A DNA stretch of 64,000 bases from Chlorokybus atmophyticus (taxonomy: Eukaryota > Plantae > Mesostigma and Chlorokybus algae). Position 1 is the stretch's first letter, and every line of letters begins with the position of its first letter. Position numbers and translations under genes: made by a program. The stretch is taken from assembly GCA_009103225.1 (NCBI GenBank), contig RHPI01003753.1:148610-212609 (forward strand), given 5' to 3'. The notes below the pieces were generated by a model that saw only the letters and a program-made list of their open reading frames with translations, made no database searches and was not told the DNA's origin. Of this stretch, positions 52,701 to 61,708 are shown piece by piece.

Positions 52701-53746
52701 TGTTGACAACGACAAGGATAAGGGCGCCAGGAGCCTTGCCGCCCCGCCGTCTACCACTCAGGAGGCGGCGACGGCGACGATGTCATCCGTAGCATTGTTG
52801 ATGGCAGCGAGGTTAAAGGGCACGCCGCTGGAGACATGTACATACGGTAACAAGTTCATATAATGTTGATGTATGTGATCAGCATGCTGAAGTACATGAT
52901 GGCCATGGCTGTTTGATGGAGCATCTACTTGTTCCTGAATGCCACCATCTTGATACTATTTGTATGAAAATTGTGCATATATGCGAATGTTTGTAAGAAT
53001 TAAGCAAGTGCACAATATGATTAAATTATATATATAGAGAGAGATATTACCATCTTTCAACATGTGTGGGCGTGAGGCTATTAGCATTGTGTTACGAACA
53101 CCGGCGTATAACGTGGTCGGCACTCAAGAAGCCTTTACATGTAGATATTTTATTATATTAACTTAAAAGGCATCATGCAGCACAATCATGAAGGTCTTAC
53201 ATTCGGAGTTGGCAAACCGTCTGATGAGTTGGTTATACACACATAACAAGTATTGATATTTTTATTATGCTTATATTAAGCCCCGCATACTTGATTGCTT
53301 TCATAATCGCCTTTGTGAATGCATGCTGTGACAATTGTGCACACATATATAATACATCAGATTTACTTATTCATGCATGCTATTACTTACATGGCCATAG
53401 TCATCAAATTATAATGGATACCGTTGCATTTTAAGCAACATAATGATGCCATTTCGGATTCTTTTGCTACCTAGAGTTCAGGACGGCATTCTTCAGGCTC
53501 CGAGTACCGTATTCACCCGTATAGAAGCCCCCCCCCCTAATTCAAACACCCCCAGCAAAAAAGGGTGGGGGGCTTGTGTAAATACTTACAAGCCCCCCCG
53601 ACTGTTTACAAGCCCCCCTTTACACATTAGTGTCTTTGTTCGACATGTGAATGGTACACAAACATCATTTCATGACATACATATCATTAACCGGGTCATA
53701 TCAACATGAATGCAATGCAGAATAAGCATCACATCATGTGCATGTC

Positions 53747-55979
53747 CTACACCTCCTCACCATCTGAATCAGTTAGGCTCTCACTATCACTACTACTGAT
53801 CTCATGCACTAGAGCACTACACCCAGCATGTGATGCTGACTTGGAGGCCGGCCTCTGCTTCTCGATATGCTCTGCGCGCTCGTTCTCCCCATCCTCAAGG
53901 GCTTGCTGCTCTTCAAGGGGCAACTCATCACGAGTCAGAAGCTCATCACCATTCTGCTCACCACCCGCAGCGATATGCTCTTCGACAATGTCGTCCTCGC
54001 TGCCGTCCATGGCATGGCTCAGTCCACACTTGACAAATGCTTGCTTGATGAGGTCAACTGGTATCTTCTCCCAACTTCTGCGCACCCAGTCGCACAGCTG
54101 TCTTTCAGTTGGATGGCGTTGATGTCCAGCCGGAGTGAAGGTGTGCTGGCTAGGGTCAGCCATCCACATGGTGAACTGCACAATGCCCATGTCAACACTG
54201 CAACTGTACAATGCATACACTGTCAACACAACATGTTAAGCAACCCACCTCAGCACGCATCAGAGCCTTGAAGGGCTTGTTGATTGACACGTCCAGCGGC
54301 TGAACGATTGAAGTTAGTCCACCAGGAATGACCGCCATGTCAATGCGCGCGTGAAGAGCATCCGCCTTCACGCTGTCACACAAATGGGCACCAAAGCTAT
54401 CCCACACCAGCAGCGCGCGCTGACCGAACACCTAAAAATACACACGCATGCATGCGTGTGAACATTGATATGAAACATGTATCACCGAGCAGACATGTAA
54501 GCAACCAGTACCGACCTGTTTAGAGCGTGTTCTCAACACCTCTTAAACATACAGCCGCGACAAGTCTTCGTTCATCCACCCCTTTGGATTGGCCCACACA
54601 ATGACTCCTACCGGCTTGAGATCCCGTGGCACGGCTGCACGCTTGAAGATAATGACTAGAGGCAACTTCGAACTATCGGCCGCACACCCAAGCACAACTG
54701 TCATGTTCTTCTTTTCATGACCAGTCCCCTTCACATGCACATCTCTACTACCGCATTGGTTGATCGTGGTGCCCGCCATGAGGTTGTATGGCATGGGCGT
54801 TTCGTCCACGTTCAAGATGGTTGGCAATGCGTACTTCTTCGAAGCGCGCATGATTGTGACATAGCACCGACAAGCATCTACCTTTTCAACGCAGTCTTTG
54901 GGCAGGCACTGGGCAACTTTGGTGCGTCTTCTCGTCACCAAGTCATGCCGTTTCATGAAGCGGCGGAGCCACCCCAACGATGTCGTCATGTTGACGTGCT
55001 CCGCTGTAGCATGCTCCTCATTCTAGCGTTTGTGCAGCTTGCACGCATGCTCCTGTCAAGCATAGCATGCACTAGGGCATTGCATTTAATGCACAACAAA
55101 CAACAAGCAGTCACGCAACCAACTTGTGTGCGGACCCGAACCAAAGGCGCGGTGACAGCTAATCCTTTTGTGCGTTGATTCATTACAAAGTTCATGCACT
55201 CCTCGTCAGTCTCAGAAGCTAAAACTGCCATGTTTCCACCTTTCAACAGAAACCGCACTTGAAAAGTGCCTGCAATGTCAACTTTATTCTCTACCCATCT
55301 ATGCAAGCTTTGTGTGGAGACGCCTGTCTTGCGTGATACTTCTTTCTTTGTCCACCCTTGTTCCAGTAGTCGCAACACTTTTTGCTACACGCAAACACAA
55401 AGGGTGGGTTTGTGCAGTCAGAGGTGAGGAGAGAGTGAAAGGTGAGAGAGTGGGAGATGTATGTGCAGATGAGCAGGTATTGATGAGATAAAGGGTGGAG
55501 AGTGAAAGGTGAGAGAGGAGGAGATGAACGTGCAAATGAGCAGGTGTTGCTGAGAGGGTGGAGAGTAAGAAAGGGAGAAGGCAAACTAGAGTGCAAGTGT
55601 CGACGTTAATGCAGTACACGTGCATAGAAGCAGAACAGAGGAGCAAGAGAGCAGATGATCACAAGTACAGGTGAGTAGTAATGCAGCACAAGTGCATTGC
55701 AGTGCAGACACGTACTTTTTGCCAATTCGTAAACTGGTTGCGCAAGTCTCGCTTCCCTTTCTGCGCTCCACGCTCTGGATGGAGCTCTTTGCGACCAACG
55801 CCAGCAGGGCGCTCACCGCCAGCATGGCAAGCTGCCACATCCGCCTCACATGCGGCTGCAGCGGCAGCAGATGCAGCGGCGGCAGCAGCAGCGGCGGCAG
55901 TTGCTGCGGCCGCGGCTGCTTGCGCCTCCTCAGCTAGCTTAGCCGCTGCTCTCCTCGCCTCCTGCCTCAAGCCGGCCAT
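53747..55979 (-). pseudogene. Intron-containing pogo transposase (HTH + CENP-B HTH + DDE_1, DD35D) with two in-frame stops
   Basis: Spliced segments include RNQFTNWQK|QKVLRLL..GVSTQSLHRWV, SLGWLRRFMKRHDL, NVDETP, KLPLVIIFK, KGWMNE and WDSFGAH-(D35D)-QPLDVSINKPFK, then WEKIPVDLIKQAFVKCGL. There is an in-frame TAG at 55023-55025 and an in-frame TAA at 54543-54545. Confidence 0.85.
55428..55568. repeat. Purine-rich tandem repeat of about 65 bp (2+ copies) in transposase intron 1
   Basis: ggagagtgaaaggtgagagag..ggagatg..(t/c)gtgca(g/a)atgagcaggt.ttg.tgaga..gggt is repeated. Confidence 0.75.
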
Positions 55980-56197
55980 GCCAACCACGCCGCCGCCGCC
56001 GTGATTTTGGCCTGGGCCGCCCAGGCTGGGCGCAGTTAGCGCCGCCACACGTAACTGAGTGACGAGCGCGCGAGTTATGTCACTCGCAAGCACATCTGCT
56101 GGTCAATTACAAGCCCCCCCATACCATGAAAAGCCCCCCTATTACGAGCCTCCCTGGCAAGAAAGGGTGGGGGGCTTCCATAAAAGGGGGGGCTTCT

Positions 56198-56802
56198 CAC
56201 ATGGCGTCTGCAGTGCGTGCCGTTCACGGCACAAGCAGTCAACTTCTTCAGCGCAGACGGCACAACCAGGCTGTGCCGTCGGGACTTCCTGGTTGAAAAA
56301 GCCGTCCGCGGTCGGTACGCAGACTACAGTCTTGTGCCGACATCGGCGCCTTTGCTGCCTTGTGCCATTGACGACACAAAACAGTTCAAGCTGAAGTCAG
56401 CACATCAGAGCTGCCGCCGTGATTGGTACAAGGTTCCAAATCCCGATCACGGCACGAGACCAGCGATCCATTGACGGTTCGCGACTCATTGTGCCGCTAC
56501 CGGTGCAAAAAAGTTTTGCCGAGAGCGGCTTAGTGGACTTGTACCGTAGCAAAGCAGCAGCCTTCTCTCCTCCTGCGCTGTGACCGGCAGCGGATTACAG
56601 CAGTGGCTTGGTCGGTACGAGTGTGTTGTGCCGAGAACGGCACAACACACTCGTACCGACCAGCAGCCTTGGAGCTGAGCTGAGTTGGGCCGGAGCTCAA
56701 GCTGAGCTGCAAGCTTGGAGGAAGAGAAGGAGGCGGCGGCGTGAGCTGCTGCTGCTGAGTTACTTGGAGAAGCCTGTGGCGTGAGCTGGTGCTGCTGCTG
56801 CT
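56198..56802. mobile_element. Unidentified element end with an array of GTGCCG/CGGCAC hairpins, interrupted by the copia LTR
   Basis: It starts exactly where the pogo terminus breaks, with CACATGG (CAGTG at 56211). About 7 short inverted-repeat units follow, plus a perfect 25-bp hairpin at 56609-56662. Confidence 0.5.
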
Positions 56803-57227
56803 TGTTGAAGGACTAGCATGCACATGTAGTTAAGGCAAGCATAGACACACAGAGACAGAGCTACCGCCACCAGAGCATACACAAGTCACATCACATTCAT
56901 CTATTACAAGTTGTCCGCTGGTTCTTATACCAGCCAGTTACACACACGTCTACGTTTGCAATCACTGCGTAAGCTATACTCAGCCTTTTGACGCGCTCTA
57001 AGCTGCGTTGTCTTTCTTACAACCAGAGCTTTCCAACAAGCTTATACACGCCCAATATGAGTAAGTATACGCGGAGATACGAAGCAGTTAGTAAGGCTTC
57101 TGTCTGGAGTCCGGAGTCTGGTCCGACGACGCCATCTTGCTAAGTCCGGACCTAGTGCTCGTCCTTACGACCTTCTACTCCTGTGTGGAGGGTTGATACT
57201 GATCGTATGTAGGAATGACTCTCAACA
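56803..57227 (-). repeat. Copia LTR (3' LTR of unit 1), 425 bp
   Basis: TGTTGA...TCAACA termini. It is preceded on the minus strand by a short purine tract (GTGGGAG) and is nearly identical to 61285-61708. Confidence 0.97.
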
Positions 57228-57269
57228 CTCCCACGCGAGCAGCTTGACCTCCAACGCTTGCTCCTGTAG

Positions 57270-60200
57270 TCAAACACAAATGCCAAGTCCTGCGCAACAA
57301 GTCTTGAACTTGAGCGGTGACAATGGCTTTGTCATGAAGTCCGCCAGCATGCCCTCAGTGTTGCAGTACTGGAACTCCACCTCCGTCCTTGTGACTCTGT
57401 CACGCATAAAGTGATGCATGACATCAATGTGCTTCGTCCTTGCCGAGGCGATAGGGTGCTTCAACAACTTGATGGCTCCTTGGTTGTCACAGTTGATGAC
57501 GATGCACGCCATGGGGTGCTCCAAGTCTGCCATGAGCTTGCGAAGCCAGAGTGCCTCCTTCACTGCTGCTGCCGCTGCCATGTACTCAGCCTCTGATGTA
57601 GATGCTGCTGTTGTTGGCTGCAGCCTGCTGTTCCAGCTCACCACGCCTCCGTTCAGCTTGAAGACGTAGCCTGTAGTGGACCTCCTGCTGTTGAGGTCAC
57701 CAGCAAAGTCCGAGTCGCAGTAGCCCTCCAACTCAGTGCTCCCGCTCCCAAACTTGATGCCAACTGTTGCGCTCCCAGCAACATAGCGTAGTACTCCCTT
57801 TGCTGCTCTCCAGTGCTCCATGCTCGGTGCAGACATGTAGCGAGCAAGTACTCCCACAGCATGTGCAACATCGGGACGTGTGCACACTGCCAGATAGAGC
57901 ATGCTGCCTACCAGCTCACCATATGGATACTGAGCCTTGTCGAGTACCTCCTCATCCTTTGCCTTGATGAGGGCAGTGCCAAGTGCCAACGGTGTGGTCT
58001 TGGTCTTCGCTTCAGTGAGCCCAAACTTGGTGACGAGTCTTCTCACCATCTGCTCCTGACTGATCTTGATTGTGCGAGCCGCCCTGTCGCGCTCAATCAC
58101 CATGCCAAGGAACCACTTGGCCTCTCCAAGATCACGAACTGAGAATGCTTGCTGTAGAGCAAGTTTCGTCTCCTGCAGGTGGTGCACCTGCCTGGCGGTG
58201 ATGATGATATCATCAACATACACGAGCAGCCAGACCTTGTTGTCTGCATGGATGAAGAGCCCAGGGTCTGCAGAGGATGCGGTGAAGCCAAGTGCCTCCA
58301 GCTCCTTGGTGAGCTTGATGTGCCACATACGCGGTGCCTGTCGCAGCCCGTACAGTGCCTTGATCAGCTTGCACGCTGTGCCTCTCTCCCCTTCTTCATA
58401 TCCAGGTGGTTGCTCGATGAAGATCTCCTCCTCCAGCTCTCCGTAGAGGAAGGCAGTCTTCACATCCAGGTGATGCAGCTCTAGGTCTTCAGCAGCAACC
58501 ATAGCTAGCAGTGCACGGAAGGTGGTATGCTTACTTGCAGGTGCAAACACTTCGTTGAAGTCCACACCTTCCTGCTGCAAGAAGCCCTTTGCCACCAGTC
58601 TTGCCTTGTAGCGCTCAATGTTGCCCTGACCATCACGCTTCACCTTGAAGACCCATTTCACTGGAATGGTCTTCACTCCTTGCGGTAACTGCTCCAGTGA
58701 CCAAGTGTTGTTGGCATGGAGTGACGCAATCTCCTCGTCCATAGCACGCTGCCATTGCTCCGCATCTGGTGCTAACAATGCCTCCTCGTAGGTGCTTGGC
58801 TCCTCATTCTGCACACTGGCGACGTGTGCCTTGTGTAGGAAGTCAGGTGCCTTTCTCTCCCTCACTGGGTATCTCCGAGCTGCGTGCTCCTGCTGCAGGT
58901 GCGACTGCTTGTCTGCTACAGTGGAGTCCTGCTCACCCTTATCGTCGATGATGGCCTTGCCTGTAGCCTCCACTGTTTCAGGATGCTCCGGCTGTGCTTC
59001 ATCTTCAGGAAAGAAGCCTGCTTCTGGTTGTGATAATCCCTCGTGGAAAACCACCTCTCTGCTCACGATGATCTTCTGAGTGTCCTCGAGCAAGATCCTG
59101 TAAGCCTTGGAACCCGGTTCATAGCCAACGAAGATGCCCTTCTTGCTGACCGGCTCCAGCTTGTGCCTGAGCTGTTTAGGCACTAGTGCATATGCCGTGC
59201 ATCCAAACACACGCATACCACTCACATCTGGTGTGGCTCCATAGAAGTGCTCCCACGGAGTCTTCTGCTCTGAGCTCACCGGAGACCTGTTGCGGATGTA
59301 GTTGGCAGTGAGTACCGCCTCCTTCCACAAACTGTCTTCCATCTTTGTGTCGTTGAGCATGGCTCGAACACGCTCCAAGAGTGTCCTGTTGAGGCGTTCA
59401 GCTGCTCCATTCTGCTGCGGGGTGTAGGGTGCCGTTGTCTCGTGGCGTATGCCCTTGCTGGCGAAGAACTCCTTCAACTCCTTGTTGATGTACTCCCCTC
59501 CTCGATCACTCCTCATTGCCTTCATCTTGTTGCCAGACTGCGTCTCCAACAAGGCCACAACTGTGCGCACAGCTCCAGCAACTTCTGACTTGAGCGTCAA
59601 TGGAAAGATGATGGACAGCTTGCTGTAGTCGTCGAGGAATGTAGCAAAGTACCTGGCCCCTCCCTTCGCCACAATGCGCATAGGGCCACAGACATCCATG
59701 TGCACAAGCTCGCAAGGATGCTGACTGCTAGAAGAGGATGATGGGAATGGCATAGCATGCTGCTTTGCAACCAGGCATGGTTCACAAAGTGCACCTGATG
59801 CTGTCTTGAGTTCTTCTGTGCTGAGATGGATGCCCTTGACCATCTTCTCAGCGACAAGGCGAGTGAGGTTGACGTAGCTGAGATGCCCGAACCTTCGATG
59901 CCACAATGTTGGCGACTCCTTGTCCTTCACCACCATGGCTTGAATGTCTCTGTCTTGAGGCTGCTCCACGTGGTAGAGCCCTCCCGGATCAGCGATTCCA
60001 ACCATGTGCACGACCCCATCAAGGATGACTGAGCAGCCACCCTTCCGAAATAGGATCTCCGCGCCTAAGCGCTCCGCAACCCTCACAGAGAATAGACTCG
60101 CAATAGCCTTAGGAACATGCAGGACGTTGCGTAACAACACCTCGCGTAGTGTGTTACCAACCTTGCACTGGAGTCGCACGTTGCCAACTCCCTCAGCCAC

Positions 60201-61157
60201 CAGTACTTCGCCACCGAAGCCCGCCACCTTGATTGTGGACGTCAGCTTCCTGTAGCCCTCCATCACCTCCTTGTTTGGTGTGAGATGACGATCGCAGCCA
60301 GAGTCCACCACCCAGAAAGCTGTGCCCGCCCTCGAACTGGATGCAGTGAAGGCGACATGTTTCTCCTTGTGTTGGTGCTCGTTGCCGCTGTTGCTGGTGC
60401 TTGCTCTAGGTTGCCCCTGTTGTTTCCTCCTACAGTCCTTCACAATGTGCCCCTTCCAACCACACCAGTGGCATGTGAGGTCTTTGTGACGAGGATTGCC
60501 TGGCTTGTTGCCCTTGTACTTCTCTTCATGGTTGCTCTTCTTTGCGTGCTTGCCGGTGTAGAAGGCGACGGCATCAGCTTGCTCGTCCTTCTTCACAACC
60601 CTCTGCTCCACGGTGAGCAGCTTCGGTAGCACATCGTCCAACGTCAACTCCGATGATGACGTCTCCAGCAGGGTTGCGACGACCTCGTACTCTGCTGGTA
60701 GCCCTGCAACAATGGCCAGCACTACCTCCGTCTCCCCCATGTTGTGGCCGACGTTGATGAGGTCCGCCCACAGCTCTCTCGCGCGCGCAACATACTTTGT
60801 GATGGGTTCTGCTGCCTCCTTCCTGAGTGCGCTGAGCTGCTTGCGTAGATGCAACTTTCTGGCATTGTTCTTGGCTCTGAAAACGGCTGATAGCTTTTCC
60901 CAAGCTTGTCTACCATCTTCACATGCAGTGAGCATGGGAAAGTGATGCGGTTTGCTGTTCAACACAAGCAAAGAGTGTGCTTCTGCTGAATGCTCTGACC
61001 ACACAGTGTTCGCTCCTGGTGTTGGTGGTGGTGCCTTCGGATCAACGTACTTCCACACCTTCTTGTGGATGAGCAAGGCCTTCATCTCCACGCACCATGT
61101 GTTGTAGTTGTCGGTGTCCAGCTTTGCAATCTGCCCCTTGTCGTAGGTCGCCTCCAT
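57270..61157 (-). CDS. Copia Gag-Pol polyprotein (Gag, CCHC knuckle, protease, integrase, RT, RNase H)
   Basis: A single open frame with the likely ATG at 61157 (MEATYDKGQIAKLD). Motifs CHWCGWKGHIVKDC, VVDSGCDRH, WHRRFGH..CEPC, HMDVCGP/RSDRGGEY/NGAAERLN, YKARLVAKG, HLDVKTAFL, LYGLRQAP, YVDD and CDSDFAG/EAEY/CDNQGA. Confidence 0.97.
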   Translation of the reverse strand: MEATYDKGQIAKLDTDNYNTWCVEMKALLIHKKVWKYVDPKAPPPTPGANTVWSEHSAEAHSLLVLNSKPHHFPMLTACEDGRQAWEKLSAVFRAKNNARKLHLRKQLSALRKEAAEPITKYVARARELWADLINVGHNMGETEVVLAIVAGLPAEYEVVATLLETSSSELTLDDVLPKLLTVEQRVVKKDEQADAVAFYTGKHAKKSNHEEKYKGNKPGNPRHKDLTCHWCGWKGHIVKDCRRKQQGQPRASTSNSGNEHQHKEKHVAFTASSSRAGTAFWVVDSGCDRHLTPNKEVMEGYRKLTSTIKVAGFGGEVLVAEGVGNVRLQCKVGNTLREVLLRNVLHVPKAIASLFSVRVAERLGAEILFRKGGCSVILDGVVHMVGIADPGGLYHVEQPQDRDIQAMVVKDKESPTLWHRRFGHLSYVNLTRLVAEKMVKGIHLSTEELKTASGALCEPCLVAKQHAMPFPSSSSSSQHPCELVHMDVCGPMRIVAKGGARYFATFLDDYSKLSIIFPLTLKSEVAGAVRTVVALLETQSGNKMKAMRSDRGGEYINKELKEFFASKGIRHETTAPYTPQQNGAAERLNRTLLERVRAMLNDTKMEDSLWKEAVLTANYIRNRSPVSSEQKTPWEHFYGATPDVSGMRVFGCTAYALVPKQLRHKLEPVSKKGIFVGYEPGSKAYRILLEDTQKIIVSREVVFHEGLSQPEAGFFPEDEAQPEHPETVEATGKAIIDDKGEQDSTVADKQSHLQQEHAARRYPVRERKAPDFLHKAHVASVQNEEPSTYEEALLAPDAEQWQRAMDEEIASLHANNTWSLEQLPQGVKTIPVKWVFKVKRDGQGNIERYKARLVAKGFLQQEGVDFNEVFAPASKHTTFRALLAMVAAEDLELHHLDVKTAFLYGELEEEIFIEQPPGYEEGERGTACKLIKALYGLRQAPRMWHIKLTKELEALGFTASSADPGLFIHADNKVWLLVYVDDIIITARQVHHLQETKLALQQAFSVRDLGEAKWFLGMVIERDRAARTIKISQEQMVRRLVTKFGLTEAKTKTTPLALGTALIKAKDEEVLDKAQYPYGELVGSMLYLAVCTRPDVAHAVGVLARYMSAPSMEHWRAAKGVLRYVAGSATVGIKFGSGSTELEGYCDSDFAGDLNSRRSTTGYVFKLNGGVVSWNSRLQPTTAASTSEAEYMAAAAAVKEALWLRKLMADLEHPMACIVINCDNQGAIKLLKHPIASARTKHIDVMHHFMRDRVTRTEVEFQYCNTEGMLADFMTKPLSPLKFKTCCAGLGICV

Positions 61158-61284
61158 TTCTGTCGAGCCTGCCTTTCTTGCAGTTGACACCCAAGGCTCT
61201 GCTACCAACAAGCTACCGTAGTGTAGAACTACTATGCACACAAGCTAGTCTCACACTCCTCAAGCGTAGTGTGGGCCCATAACC

Positions 61285-61708
61285 TGTTGAAGGACTAGCA
61301 TGCACATGTAGTTGAGGCAAGCATAGATACACAGAGACAGAGCTACCGCCACCAGAGCATACACAAGTCACATCACATTCATCTATTACAAGTTGTCCGC
61401 TGGTTCTTATACCAGCCAGTTACACACACGTCTACGTTTGCAAGCACTGCGTAAGCTATACTCAGCCTTTTGACGCGCTCTAAGCTGCGTTGTCTTTCTT
61501 ACAACCAGAGCTTTCCAACAAGCTCTTACACGCCTAATATGAGTAAGTATACGCGGAGATACGAAGCAGTTAGTAAGGCTCCAGTCTGGAGTCCGGAGTC
61601 TGGTCCGACGATGCCATCTTGCTAAGTCCGGACCTAGTGCTCGTCCTTACGACCTTCTACTCCTGTGTGGAGGGTCGATGCTGATCGTATGTAGGAATAC
61701 TCTCAACA
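61285..61708 (-). repeat. Shared central copia LTR (5' LTR of unit 1 and 3' LTR of unit 2), 424 bp
   Basis: It is flanked by the PBS of unit 1 on one side and the PPT and RNase H end of unit 2 on the other. By eye it has 11 substitutions and 1 indel relative to 56803-57227. Confidence 0.97.

Larger units (their letters stand above)
53507..56197 (-). mobile_element. pogo/Tc2-like DNA transposon (Tc1/mariner superfamily) with its right terminus truncated
   Basis: The left end is TA|CCGTATTCACCCGTATAGAAGCCCC. Eight AAGCCCCCC motifs occur in both orientations at 53525-53620 and 56110-56197. The match of the right end to the left terminus stops abruptly after GGGGGGGCTTCT at 56197. Confidence 0.85.
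56803..61708 (-). mobile_element. Full-length Ty1/copia LTR retrotransposon, unit 1, ORF intact
   Basis: The structure is LTR, PBS, gag-pol, PPT, LTR. The PBS GGTTATGGGCCCA lies at 61272-61284(-). Confidence 0.97.

Noticed and set aside
54543-55025. TAA/TAG read as Gln (ulvophyte-type nuclear code), suggested by the stops in the pogo transposase
   Set aside because: typA, NUP58, NDUFA9, APC10 and the TPR gene end at TAA/TAG at their expected C-termini, and the long copia ORF contains no internal TAR.
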